Assembly: GCA_040757475.1 (NCBI GenBank)
Contig: JBFLWW010000006.1
Coordinates: 622-64,621 of the forward strand
Reading direction: 5' to 3'
DNA from: Nitrospirota bacterium
GTDB lineage: Bacteria; Nitrospirota; Thermodesulfovibrionia; Thermodesulfovibrionales; SM23-35
DNA length: 64,000 nucleotides
The notes beneath the pieces were generated by a model. The model ran no database searches, was not told where the DNA came from, and worked only from the letters and a program-made list of their open reading frames with translations. Positions 52,365 through 60,910 of this stretch are shown here, piece by piece. A program made the position numbers and the translations under genes. Within the stretch, counting starts at the first letter, position 1; every line of letters starts with the position of its first letter.

Positions 52365-54035
52365 ATGAAAAAATTAACTTTATTCCTCATTGGGTATTTT
52401 TTATGTGGTGGACTTTTCTGGAATTTTGCCCATGCCAGAACCGTCATCCTTGAAGGCAGGCTTGACAGCAGAATTGCTGTAACCCAGCAGATGGGCTTCA
52501 CAGTAAAGAAGCCTTTGAACAAATTCACTTTCAGATTTGCCCTTCCTGCAACATTCACAAATAAGGTCGTCTCTCAAAATGTACAGGGGCTTAATATCAG
52601 ATTTGAGCCTGAGCCGTTAAAGGTTGATGATGAGGCTGACTCATTCGGCAACCATTTTAAGGTTGTTTCATGGGACAACATTAATAAGGATATTCGGGTA
52701 AACATAGTCTTTGAAACACGAATAAAATCCGAGCTGTCAGTAATGGAAAGCAAGACGCCTTTTCCATTGAAATCAATTCCACAATTAGATATGGTTTATC
52801 TTAAGCCTACAAAGATGGTGCAAAGTGATAGCACTGAGATAATATCCATATCTAAGGAATTAACCCGCAATGCATCCACAGAATATGAGGCTGTTACTGC
52901 CATATTGAATTATGTTGCAGATAATGTTAAATACATATATAATCCGCCGCAGTATGACGCCCTGTACACATTGAAAACAAAATCAGGCAACTGTCAGAAC
53001 TTTGCACACATCAGCATGGCACTTTTAAGGTCCGTAGGAATACCCGCAAGAATTGTTGGTGGTATAAGTCTAAAGCAATCATGGAAAATTCCCCTGGACA
53101 ACAATAACTACCTTGTCCAGAGCATAGGACAGGGCGGACATGCATGGATGGAAATATATTTTCCTGACCTTGGGTGGTTGTCGTACGACCCTCAACAATC
53201 AAAACAGTTTACATCCTCAAGGCATATTAAACAAACTCACGGACTTGACTCCAGCGACATAAACGACTCATGGAGAGCATCTCCTTATCTGCCCGAGTAC
53301 AATGAAAATATTGATGCAAGGTTCATGGAAGATGCAATATCTTTACTGCCAAAATTCTCTGATGCAGCGCCGCGCTCTTACCTCTTCAGCAATAATCTCA
53401 TCGCAAAGGCTGAGGTCAAACACGTAGCTGAAGAGAAACCGAAGCCTCCTGAAGAAACACAAAAACCGCCGCCTCCGCCAGATGTAAAACCAGCACCTCC
53501 AAAGGATAAGGATACAGAGCTTGGTAATATGGATTTCCCTAACCTTGTTGATGTCTATCAGGTTGTCGGCGACAGGGGGGTAAAAATATTGGATAAGGAG
53601 ACTGCCGAGTATGTAACTTCCAAATATATCTATGCACAGGCGTTTGAAATTGACGAAAGGCTACTGATTAATAAAATCTCTCTGGCAATGAGGAAATTTG
53701 GAGGAGACGGCACGGTTTATATTGACCTTGTATCCGACGACAACACAAGACCAAGTCTTAAAGGGGAAAGGTCATTGCCTGTATTTCTGGAAAATATCAA
53801 AAAAGGGCGCGGCTATTACTGGGTAGATTTTACTTTTCCAGATGAAGTAGTTTTAGAAAAAGGCAGATATTGGATTGTCCTCAGACATTCTGGAGAGGTA
53901 ATAATGAACTGGTTTTATATCCCCGGAAATCCCTATGGTGATAGCGATGACACACGCTCTACATTAAAGGGCTACAAATGGGAGGACATACAAAATTTTG
54001 ATTTTGTATTTAAGGTAAAGGCAGAAAGGCTGTAA
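52365..54035 (+). CDS. Exported transglutaminase-like (Cys-His-Asp) protein with a Pro-rich linker and an unknown C-terminal domain
   Basis: Signal peptide. GNCQNFAHISMALLRSVGIPARIVGG supplies the Cys, and GGHAWMEIYFPDLGWLSYDP the His and Asp. The linker reads EEKPKPPEETQKPPPPPDVKPAPPKD. Confidence 0.7.
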   Translation: MKKLTLFLIGYFLCGGLFWNFAHARTVILEGRLDSRIAVTQQMGFTVKKPLNKFTFRFALPATFTNKVVSQNVQGLNIRFEPEPLKVDDEADSFGNHFKVVSWDNINKDIRVNIVFETRIKSELSVMESKTPFPLKSIPQLDMVYLKPTKMVQSDSTEIISISKELTRNASTEYEAVTAILNYVADNVKYIYNPPQYDALYTLKTKSGNCQNFAHISMALLRSVGIPARIVGGISLKQSWKIPLDNNNYLVQSIGQGGHAWMEIYFPDLGWLSYDPQQSKQFTSSRHIKQTHGLDSSDINDSWRASPYLPEYNENIDARFMEDAISLLPKFSDAAPRSYLFSNNLIAKAEVKHVAEEKPKPPEETQKPPPPPDVKPAPPKDKDTELGNMDFPNLVDVYQVVGDRGVKILDKETAEYVTSKYIYAQAFEIDERLLINKISLAMRKFGGDGTVYIDLVSDDNTRPSLKGERSLPVFLENIKKGRGYYWVDFTFPDEVVLEKGRYWIVLRHSGEVIMNWFYIPGNPYGDSDDTRSTLKGYKWEDIQNFDFVFKVKAERL

Positions 54036-54333
54036 TTTGAAAATATTTTCTATTACTGTTCTACTGTTGTTAAGAGTGAACATATATAGGTGCCTGAAAA
54101 AATTTTAGAGCAACACCTTTATCAGTCATGTTGCTTTTAATGTTTAGTGGGTTTATGTAATACATTTTTTACAATATCAAGACATTGGGAAGTATTTTCA
54201 TGTCCTGCCTTTTCAAAATAAGTTACTGTCCTTCGCATTTTAGTAGCCCTCCTTTTTTATTGCATCTTTATTATTCAATCAGTTTTGAAAATTCAGATTT
54301 TTCTTTTTTAGGCGGGCAGACGGAAAAGATTCA

Positions 54334-54360
54334 GGGGGAAATTGCGGAGCAATTTCCCCC
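54334..54360 (-). terminator. 12-bp perfect stem-loop downstream of tRNA-Asn
   Basis: GGGGGAAATTGC-gga-GCAATTTCCCCC. On the minus strand it is followed by tgaatcttttcc. Confidence 0.5.
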
Positions 54361-54396
54361 TCGCACTCCCAATTTATTAGTTTGTAGTATAAAGAC

Positions 54397-54472
54397 TGGC
54401 TCCTGGGAAGGGATTCGAACCCCCGACCAAGTGGTTAACAGCCACCCGCTCTGCCAGCTGAGCTACCCAGGA
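54397..54472 (-). tRNA. tRNA-Asn (anticodon GTT), CCA encoded
   Basis: The minus strand folds manually into a cloverleaf. Acceptor TCCTGGG/CCCAGGA, D arm GCTC..GAGC, anticodon stem GGTGG/CCACT with loop CT-GTT-AA, T arm GGGGG-TTCGAAT-CCCTT. 76 nt. Confidence 0.9.
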
Positions 54473-54528
54473 ATAAGCTTTTTATATCAGAAAATTTGAA
54501 ACTTTGTCAATTAAGGTAAAAATAGATT

Positions 54529-55704
54529 TTATGTTCTGTATTCTGCATTCACTCTGATATACTCTTCAGTCAGATCACAGGTAAAGACCTTAGCAGATGC
54601 TCTACCGAGGTGAAGGTCAATAATTATCTTAATGTCTTTTCCTTTTAAGACTTCATTTGCCTCTTTATCTTTTCCTGTGGTTATACCTTTATTGACGATT
54701 TTTACTTTCCCGAAATAAATATCTATTTTTTTTTCTTTAATCTCAATACCTGAATATCCGAGTGCTGCCATAATACGACCCCAGTTGGCATCATTTCCAT
54801 AGATAGCTGTCTTTACAAGGTTTGATTTAGCCACAGCAAATGCAGCCCTTTCAGCATCAGCCTCACTCCTCGCACCTTTTACCTCTATCTCTATAAACTT
54901 AGTCGCTCCCTCGCCATCCTTAACAATTAATCTTGATAACTCATCTGTGACTTCATACAGGGCCTTTTTGAATGTTGTGTATGATTCTGATTTATCTGTA
55001 ATCTGGGGGTTTCCGAGCATACCGTTTGCCATTATCAGGGTAGTATCATTGGTTGACATATCACCATCAATGGTAATTCTATTAAATGATTTATTTACCA
55101 CATCCTTCAGTGCCTTATCTAATGTCTTCTGTTCAACTTTTATATCTGTCATTATAAAGCAGAGCATTGTAGCCATATTAGGACATATCATTCCTGCACC
55201 CTTGCAGATGCCAATCATGGTGCCTGTTTTATTGCCGATTTTTACCTTTTTCTTTACAATCTTTGGAAATGTATCAGTTGTCATTATCGCTGTTGCAACA
55301 TCCTCTATAGTTGACCTGCCAAGATTATCTATCAGTTCAGTAATCTTTGGTCTTACTCGCTCCATAGGCATGGGTGCACCTATGACACCTGTTGAACAGA
55401 CATAAACAAGAGAGGGTTTTATATTGAGAGCATTAGCAACAAGTTTTGTTATCTCAACAGCATCTTTTATACCTTTCTCACCTGTGCACGCATTTGCATT
55501 TCCACTGTTTACTATTATCGCCTGCCCTCTACCTGATCTTATCTTCTTAATGCCAAGCTTTACAGGTGCTGCTTTTATTTTATTGGTTGTGAATGTGCCG
55601 GCAATATTTGTGACGACCTTAGAATAAATGAGGGCAAGGTCTTTACGCCCGGGTTTTTTGATTGCAGCCTCTACAGTAGAAAAGAGAAATCCTTCGGGAA
55701 TCAT
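54529..55704 (-). CDS. argJ: Bifunctional ornithine acetyltransferase / N-acetylglutamate synthase
   Basis: MIPEGFLFS..., TTDTFPK and ATMLCFIMTD (autoprocessing-site region). The track ORF extends to GTG 55722; the ATG at 55704 is preferred. Confidence 0.85.
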   Translation of the reverse strand: MIPEGFLFSTVEAAIKKPGRKDLALIYSKVVTNIAGTFTTNKIKAAPVKLGIKKIRSGRGQAIIVNSGNANACTGEKGIKDAVEITKLVANALNIKPSLVYVCSTGVIGAPMPMERVRPKITELIDNLGRSTIEDVATAIMTTDTFPKIVKKKVKIGNKTGTMIGICKGAGMICPNMATMLCFIMTDIKVEQKTLDKALKDVVNKSFNRITIDGDMSTNDTTLIMANGMLGNPQITDKSESYTTFKKALYEVTDELSRLIVKDGEGATKFIEIEVKGARSEADAERAAFAVAKSNLVKTAIYGNDANWGRIMAALGYSGIEIKEKKIDIYFGKVKIVNKGITTGKDKEANEVLKGKDIKIIIDLHLGRASAKVFTCDLTEEYIRVNAEYRT

Positions 55705-55742
55705 TACTGTCTTACTCGTCACTCATCACTTATCACTGCTTA
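55701..55742. repeat. Heptamer array filling the argC-argJ junction
   Basis: tcattac tgtctta ctcgtca ctcatca cttatca ctgctta. Confidence 0.8.
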
Positions 55743-56786
55743 CGGGAACATTGCTATTGTATCGAGGGCTGTTTTTTCATCAAAGCCCATCATGATATTC
55801 ATGTTATGTATTGCCTGTCCTGATCCGCCTTTCATGAGGTTATCTATTGCAGTGACAATGATGAGGGTATTTGTTCTCATATTTACGGTCAGCCCAACCT
55901 CACACATGTTTGTCCCCCGCACATTTTTAACATTAGGTGACCTCCCCTCATCAAGAACCTGTACAAATGGCTCTTTGGAGTATGACTTTTTATAGACCTC
56001 TATAATCTTTTCCATACTGATATTTTTTGCAAGCCGAAGCCGTGCATATATGGTTGTAAGTATCCCCCTGTCGAGCGGTGCAAGGTGTGGTGTAAAATTA
56101 ATTTTTATATCCTTTCCTGCTATAGCAGAAAGCTCTTGTTCAATCTCAGGTGTGTGCCTGTGTGATGCGACTGCATATGCCTTGAACCCCTCATTCACCT
56201 CGCAATATGAAAATGTAATATCTGACTTCCTCCCCGCACCACTTGTGCCTGATTTTGAGTCTATAACAATTGAGCTAACATCAATGAATTCATTTTTTAT
56301 TGCAGGATATAATCCGAGGATTGCACCTGTTGGGTAGCATCCAGGGTTGGCAATGAGATTTGCCTCTGCAATTTTTTTTCTGTAGAGCTCCGGGAGACCG
56401 TAAACAGCCTTTTTCAGGGTTGTTTGAAATTTATGTGGCACCTTATACCATTCTTCATATATCTTTGTATCTCTGAGCCTGTAATCAGCAGAGAGGTCAA
56501 TAACCTTTTTCCCATGTTTAAAAAGAAAGTCTACTGCCTCTTGTGACCTTCCATGTGGGAGGGCCATGAAAAAGAGGTCTGCCTTATCGAGGATATCTCC
56601 AACTTTTAACTGTTCATATGTGAGGTTCGAGTGTCTGTAAAGATAGGGGAAAAGGTCGCTTACATATTTCCCTGCGGATTTTTCTGATGTGACCGCTGTA
56701 ACTGTAACTTCAGGGTGATTTAAAAGAAGGCGAAGTAATTCACCTCCTGTATATCCACTACCACCACATATGGCAACACGAATCAT
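55740..56786 (-). CDS. argC: N-acetyl-gamma-glutamyl-phosphate reductase
   Basis: MIRVAICGGSGYTGGELLRLLLNHPEV and NPGCYPT (active-site Cys). Confidence 0.9.
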   Translation of the reverse strand: MIRVAICGGSGYTGGELLRLLLNHPEVTVTAVTSEKSAGKYVSDLFPYLYRHSNLTYEQLKVGDILDKADLFFMALPHGRSQEAVDFLFKHGKKVIDLSADYRLRDTKIYEEWYKVPHKFQTTLKKAVYGLPELYRKKIAEANLIANPGCYPTGAILGLYPAIKNEFIDVSSIVIDSKSGTSGAGRKSDITFSYCEVNEGFKAYAVASHRHTPEIEQELSAIAGKDIKINFTPHLAPLDRGILTTIYARLRLAKNISMEKIIEVYKKSYSKEPFVQVLDEGRSPNVKNVRGTNMCEVGLTVNMRTNTLIIVTAIDNLMKGGSGQAIHNMNIMMGFDEKTALDTIAMFP

Positions 56787-56880
56787 AGTGACGAGTCACA
56801 AGTTACGAGTAACGAGAAGTTTAAAAGTATGAGGTCTTCAGTTTTTAACTTGTCACTTGTCACTTGTTACTCGTTACTAT
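56787..56880. repeat. Two oppositely oriented heptamer arrays between rpsI and argC
   Basis: Left arm: agtgacg agtcaca agttacg agtaacg. Right arm: cttgtca cttgtca cttgtta ctcgtta. The arms are partly complementary (for example acgagtaac with gttactcgt). Confidence 0.8.
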
Positions 56881-56882
56881 TT

Positions 56883-57275
56883 TTATCTCTTGGAGAACTG
56901 GAATCTCTTCCTTGCACCTTTAAGGCCGTATTTCTTTCTCTCTTTCTCCCTCGGGTCTCTTGTGAGAAAGCCTTCCCTCTTAAGCCTTAATCTGAGGTCG
57001 TTGTCCATACGTACAAGCGCCCTTGATATACCATGTCTTATTGCACCTGCCTGGCCTGTAAGACCACCTCCCTCAACCTTTGCAGTGATATTATATTTCC
57101 CTGTTACACCAGCAAGCTCGATTGGTTGACGGATGATCATCCTTAATGTTTCCCTCGGAAAATAGCTATCAACAGGTTTGTCATTGACTATTATCTGACC
57201 TTTTCCATGTGAGATACTAACCCTTGCTATCGAGGTTTTTCTCCTGCCGGTTGCATTATATTGAATCTCAGCCAT
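56883..57275 (-). CDS. rpsI: 30S ribosomal protein S9
   Basis: ...[14 protein letters not shown]...[19 protein letters not shown]...[26 protein letters not shown]. Confidence 0.95.
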   Translation of the reverse strand: MAEIQYNATGRRKTSIARVSISHGKGQIIVNDKPVDSYFPRETLRMIIRQPIELAGVTGKYNITAKVEGGGLTGQAGAIRHGISRALVRMDNDLRLRLKREGFLTRDPREKERKKYGLKGARKRFQFSKR

Positions 57276-57707
57276 CTAAAACTCCTGTAAGATTTCTGGT
57301 TTCTGTGCTTTATGGGGGTGTTCAGACCCCCTGTATACCTTGAGCTTCTTAAACATTGCCCTGCCGAGCCTGTTTTTTGGAAGCATTCCCCATACTGCAT
57401 CCTTGACCATCTTTTCAGGTTTTTTTTCAAGAAGCTCTTTTGCGGTCTGGGTTTTTAGACCACTTATATAGCCTGAATGGTGGTAATACACCTTGTCTGT
57501 AAGCTTTCTGCCTGTAAGTCTTATCTTATCTGCATTCACGACAATAACAAAATCGCCTGTATCTATATTGGGAGTAAATACTGGCTTGTTCTTACCGCGC
57601 AGGTACACTGCTACTTTACTTGCAAGCCTTCCAAGTACAGCATCCTTTGCATCAATAAGATACCACTTACGTTCAACAGCACCTTTTTTGGCAAACTGGG
57701 TTTTCAT
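57276..57707 (-). CDS. rplM: 50S ribosomal protein L13
   Basis: [35 protein letters not shown]... Adjacent to rpsI. Confidence 0.95.
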   Translation of the reverse strand: MKTQFAKKGAVERKWYLIDAKDAVLGRLASKVAVYLRGKNKPVFTPNIDTGDFVIVVNADKIRLTGRKLTDKVYYHHSGYISGLKTQTAKELLEKKPEKMVKDAVWGMLPKNRLGRAMFKKLKVYRGSEHPHKAQKPEILQEF

Positions 57708-57767
57708 CCCTTCACCTTTTTATTGAAATTAAGTATTGGATAAGATAATAGAATTATTAAAGAATTG

Positions 57768-59879
57768 TCAACATTCAGCAGCAGACAGTTTTGAAAAGTC
57801 TGCAATGGATGAAGCTGCCCTCCAGATCTCTTTGAGTAATGCCAGTCTGTTTTGCCTCATCTCTTCCCGCTTATCCATCACAAGGACATGGTCAAAAAAA
57901 TGGTTAATTGGCTCTGTCAATGAAGAAAGGGTATTGATTGCATCATAATACTTCCCGTCTTTAAGAAGAGCTGCGACATTGGATTTAACTGAGTCGAGTT
58001 TTTCTTTGAGTCTCTTCTCAGGTTCTTCTATCAGGAGCTCGGCTTTTAATTCAGGAATTACTATCTCTGGAATTATATTATTTACACGCTTTATTGCAAG
58101 TAGAAAGTTATTATATCCTCTGTCCTTTTTGAATTTCTGTATACCATCGAGCCTTCCCCTTATCTCTTTTAATGGCACATAGCCTGAGAGTGAAAGGACT
58201 GATTGGATTAGATCGGATGCATAACCATCTGCTGAAAATACGGATTCAAATCTCTGTCCAAAAAACTGCATTATATTTTTCTCTGCATCTGCTGAGCCAT
58301 TTATATGTGAGAGATTATTGAGTGCTTTATCTACGAGTTCTTTTAATGTAATGCTATAACCCCTGTTTAATATTATCGCTATGACTCCGAGTGCCTGTCG
58401 CCTCAGGGCAAAAGGGTCTTCAGAGCCTGTAGGTGTAAGCCCTATAGAAAAGAATGAAGCTATGTTGTCTATCTTATCAGCTATGCTGAGAATCGCTCCA
58501 ACTTCTGTCTGTGGAAGTCTTCCACCCGAATGTGCTGGCAGATACTGCTCTCTTATTGCTTCTGCAATTTTGCTGTTTTCTCTGTCACGAAGAACATAGT
58601 ATTTCCCCATGATTCCCTGCAGCTCAGGAAATTCCCTGACGATGCCTGTTATAAGGTCTGTTTTTGAAAGCCATGCAGCACGAATGAGCTTATCTTTTGC
58701 TGAAGGCAGAAGCCTATTCGCAAGAAATCCTGCAATAGAGACTATCCGTTCTGTTTTTTCATAGAGATTCCCGAGCCTGTCATGGAATGTAACCTTCCTG
58801 AGCTCCTCTATCCTTTCAGAGAGCGGTTTTTTTCTGTCATCCACAAAATAGAACCTCGCATCTTCAAACCTTGCCTTTATGACTCGTTCGGCACCAATCT
58901 TCATTGTCTCTGCATTTTCTTCCCTTGTATTGCTGATAATGATAAAATGGTTAATTAGTTTGCCCTCTCCGTCTTCTATAGCAAAGCATTTCTGATACTC
59001 TTTCATGACAGTAATGAGTAGTTCTTTCGGCAGCTCCAGATACTCTTCTGAAAAACTGCATAGCACAGGGACAGGATATTCAACAAGAAAATTGACCGTC
59101 TCTATTAGTTCCTCGTCTTCTATGGGTCTTCCGCCTGCTACATCAGAGAGCTTTCTGATACCTTCAAGGATTATCTTCCTTCTTTCTTCCTGGTCAAGTA
59201 TTACATAGTTATTTTTGAGAAGATTTATGTAAGCTGATATCTCCTTTACCTGGAATGGAGCAGGAGAGAGAAAACGATGTCCTCTTGTTGTATTAGCGCT
59301 CGTTATTCCATCAATCTCAAAATGGATAACATCCTTATCAAACATGGCTAATACCCAGTGTATCGGCCTGGCAAACCTTATGCTTCCGTTTCCCCATCTC
59401 ATGGTTTTCGGAAAGTTTATGGAAAGAATGACTTTCTTTAATATTTCTGGTAGAAGGTCCTTTACAGTCATTCCTTTCTCTTCAAACACTGCAACAACAT
59501 ATTCGCCTTTGTCCCTTCTCTTTACAATAAGACCCTCTACATTTATCCCATGAGAGTTTGCAAACCCTATTGCTGCCATTGTCGGATTACCTTTGTTATC
59601 AAAGGCCACTTTTTTTGCAGGGCCGAATATCTCCCTTACGCGATCAGCCTGCACCTCTGGTAATCCAGTAATGAAAAGCGAGAGCCTTCTCGGTGTTGCA
59701 TAAACCTTTATCTCTGAAAAATCAATACGGGTTTCTTTTAAGATTGTGGCGGTATTTTCTTTTAAGCTCTGGATTGCTCGTGGCAGAAACCTTGCTGGTA
59801 TTTCTTCTGTGCCAATCTCAAGCAAAAGTGAGGAGTGAGAAGTGACAAGTGAGGAGTTATCCCTAACTTTCTGATTCAT
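57768..59879 (-). CDS. glyS: Glycine--tRNA ligase beta subunit
   Basis: [14 protein letters not shown].. and 703 aa. ATGA overlap with the glyQ stop. The N-terminal ~17 aa are repeat-encoded. Confidence 0.9.
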   Translation of the reverse strand: MNQKVRDNSSLVTSHSSLLLEIGTEEIPARFLPRAIQSLKENTATILKETRIDFSEIKVYATPRRLSLFITGLPEVQADRVREIFGPAKKVAFDNKGNPTMAAIGFANSHGINVEGLIVKRRDKGEYVVAVFEEKGMTVKDLLPEILKKVILSINFPKTMRWGNGSIRFARPIHWVLAMFDKDVIHFEIDGITSANTTRGHRFLSPAPFQVKEISAYINLLKNNYVILDQEERRKIILEGIRKLSDVAGGRPIEDEELIETVNFLVEYPVPVLCSFSEEYLELPKELLITVMKEYQKCFAIEDGEGKLINHFIIISNTREENAETMKIGAERVIKARFEDARFYFVDDRKKPLSERIEELRKVTFHDRLGNLYEKTERIVSIAGFLANRLLPSAKDKLIRAAWLSKTDLITGIVREFPELQGIMGKYYVLRDRENSKIAEAIREQYLPAHSGGRLPQTEVGAILSIADKIDNIASFFSIGLTPTGSEDPFALRRQALGVIAIILNRGYSITLKELVDKALNNLSHINGSADAEKNIMQFFGQRFESVFSADGYASDLIQSVLSLSGYVPLKEIRGRLDGIQKFKKDRGYNNFLLAIKRVNNIIPEIVIPELKAELLIEEPEKRLKEKLDSVKSNVAALLKDGKYYDAINTLSSLTEPINHFFDHVLVMDKREEMRQNRLALLKEIWRAASSIADFSKLSAAEC
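59826..59860. repeat. Heptamer array in the glyS 5' end
   Basis: aagtgag gagtgag aagtgac aagtgag gagttat. Confidence 0.8.
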
Positions 59880-60793
59880 ATCTCTCTTTCATCCTTTGAA
59901 CTTTTAACTTTCAACTTTTCACTTTTAACTTTTAAGAGTGGGAATCCCATCTCTTCCCGCTGTTTGTAATATGCCTCTGCACAGAGCTTTGCAAGATTTC
60001 TTACACGTGCAATATACCCTGTCCTTTCTGTGACAGAAAGGGCGCCTCTCGCATCGAGCAGGTTAAAGATGTGTGAGCACTTTAAACAGAATTCATAAGA
60101 TGGAAGTACAAGACCGAGTTTATTGAGTCTGAGCGACTCTTTTTCGTATGCCTCAAACTGTCTTATAAGGAGTCCTGCATCGGCATAATCAAAATTATAC
60201 TTTGAGAATTCTACTTCACTGATATGATGTATTTCCCCATATTTTATACCCTTACACCATTTAAGGTTAAATACATTATCCACCTCTTGCAGATACATAG
60301 CAATCCGTTCGAGTCCATATGTTAGTTCAAGTGACACTGGCTTGAGGTTAATGCCTCCAACCTGCTGAAAATAGGTGAACTGGGTTATCTCCATCCCGTC
60401 GAGCCATACCTCCCATCCGAGACCCCATGCACCGAGTGTGGGGGATTCCCAATCATCCTCTACAAATCTGATATCATGTTTGAGCAGGTCTATACCTAAA
60501 TAAGAAAGGCTTTCGAGATAGACTGCCTGACTATCTGACGGAGATGGTTTCAGAATGACCTGGTACTGATAGTAGTACTGAAGCCTGTTTGGATTTTCTC
60601 CATACCTTCCATCAGTTGGCCTTCTTGAAGGTTCTACATATGCGGTTTTCCATGGTTCTGGCCCCAGAACCCTGAAGAATGTAGCAGGATGGAATGTCCC
60701 TGCACCTACCTCCATGTCGTATGGTTGAAGGAGGACACAGCCTTTTTTTGACCAGAACTGATTAAGTTTTAAAATCAAATCCTGAAAATACAC
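59876..60793 (-). CDS. glyQ: Glycine--tRNA ligase alpha subunit
   Basis: [39 protein letters not shown] at 60793 with an upstream GGAG is the likely start. The track ORF extension to 60862 is heptamer-repeat DNA. Confidence 0.9.
   Translation of the reverse strand: MYFQDLILKLNQFWSKKGCVLLQPYDMEVGAGTFHPATFFRVLGPEPWKTAYVEPSRRPTDGRYGENPNRLQYYYQYQVILKPSPSDSQAVYLESLSYLGIDLLKHDIRFVEDDWESPTLGAWGLGWEVWLDGMEITQFTYFQQVGGINLKPVSLELTYGLERIAMYLQEVDNVFNLKWCKGIKYGEIHHISEVEFSKYNFDYADAGLLIRQFEAYEKESLRLNKLGLVLPSYEFCLKCSHIFNLLDARGALSVTERTGYIARVRNLAKLCAEAYYKQREEMGFPLLKVKSEKLKVKSSKDEREI
59898..59939. repeat. Heptamer array in the glyQ 3' end
   Basis: gaacttt taacttt caacttt tcacttt taacttt taagagt. Encodes the tail [13 protein letters not shown]. 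Confidence 0.8.
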
Positions 60794-60803
60794 AACAGAC
60801 TCC

Positions 60804-60873
60804 GTTAACCAAATAATAACCAATAACCAATTACAATAACCAAATAATAACCAATAATTCAATAATTCATTAC
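60804..60873. repeat. (AATAACC)n-type heptamer array in the glyQ / oxidoreductase divergent intergenic region
   Basis: gttaacc aaat aataacc aataacc aattac aataacc aaat aataacc aataatt caataat tcattac. Same unit as at 145-172. Confidence 0.8.
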
Positions 60874-60910
60874 GAGGATAGTGCTCCCAAATATGTTATA
60901 ATCATTGTTG

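Noticed and set aside
34131-54035. Lipoprotein cluster considered as a flagellar (flgT/flgP/flgO) locus
   Set aside because: No flagellar core genes (flg rod/hook, fli, flh, mot) occur anywhere in the 64 kb. Similarity is limited to accessory-ring module types.
54185-54499. 104-aa plus-strand ORF
   Set aside because: It overlaps tRNA-Asn and its terminator in antisense, has a low-complexity N-terminus, and has no SD.
2761-60873. Tandem short-repeat arrays considered as CRISPR arrays
   Set aside because: Units are only 7-8 nt and directly adjacent, with no spacers. Arrays are 30-140 nt long, many lie inside conserved genes, and no cas genes are present.
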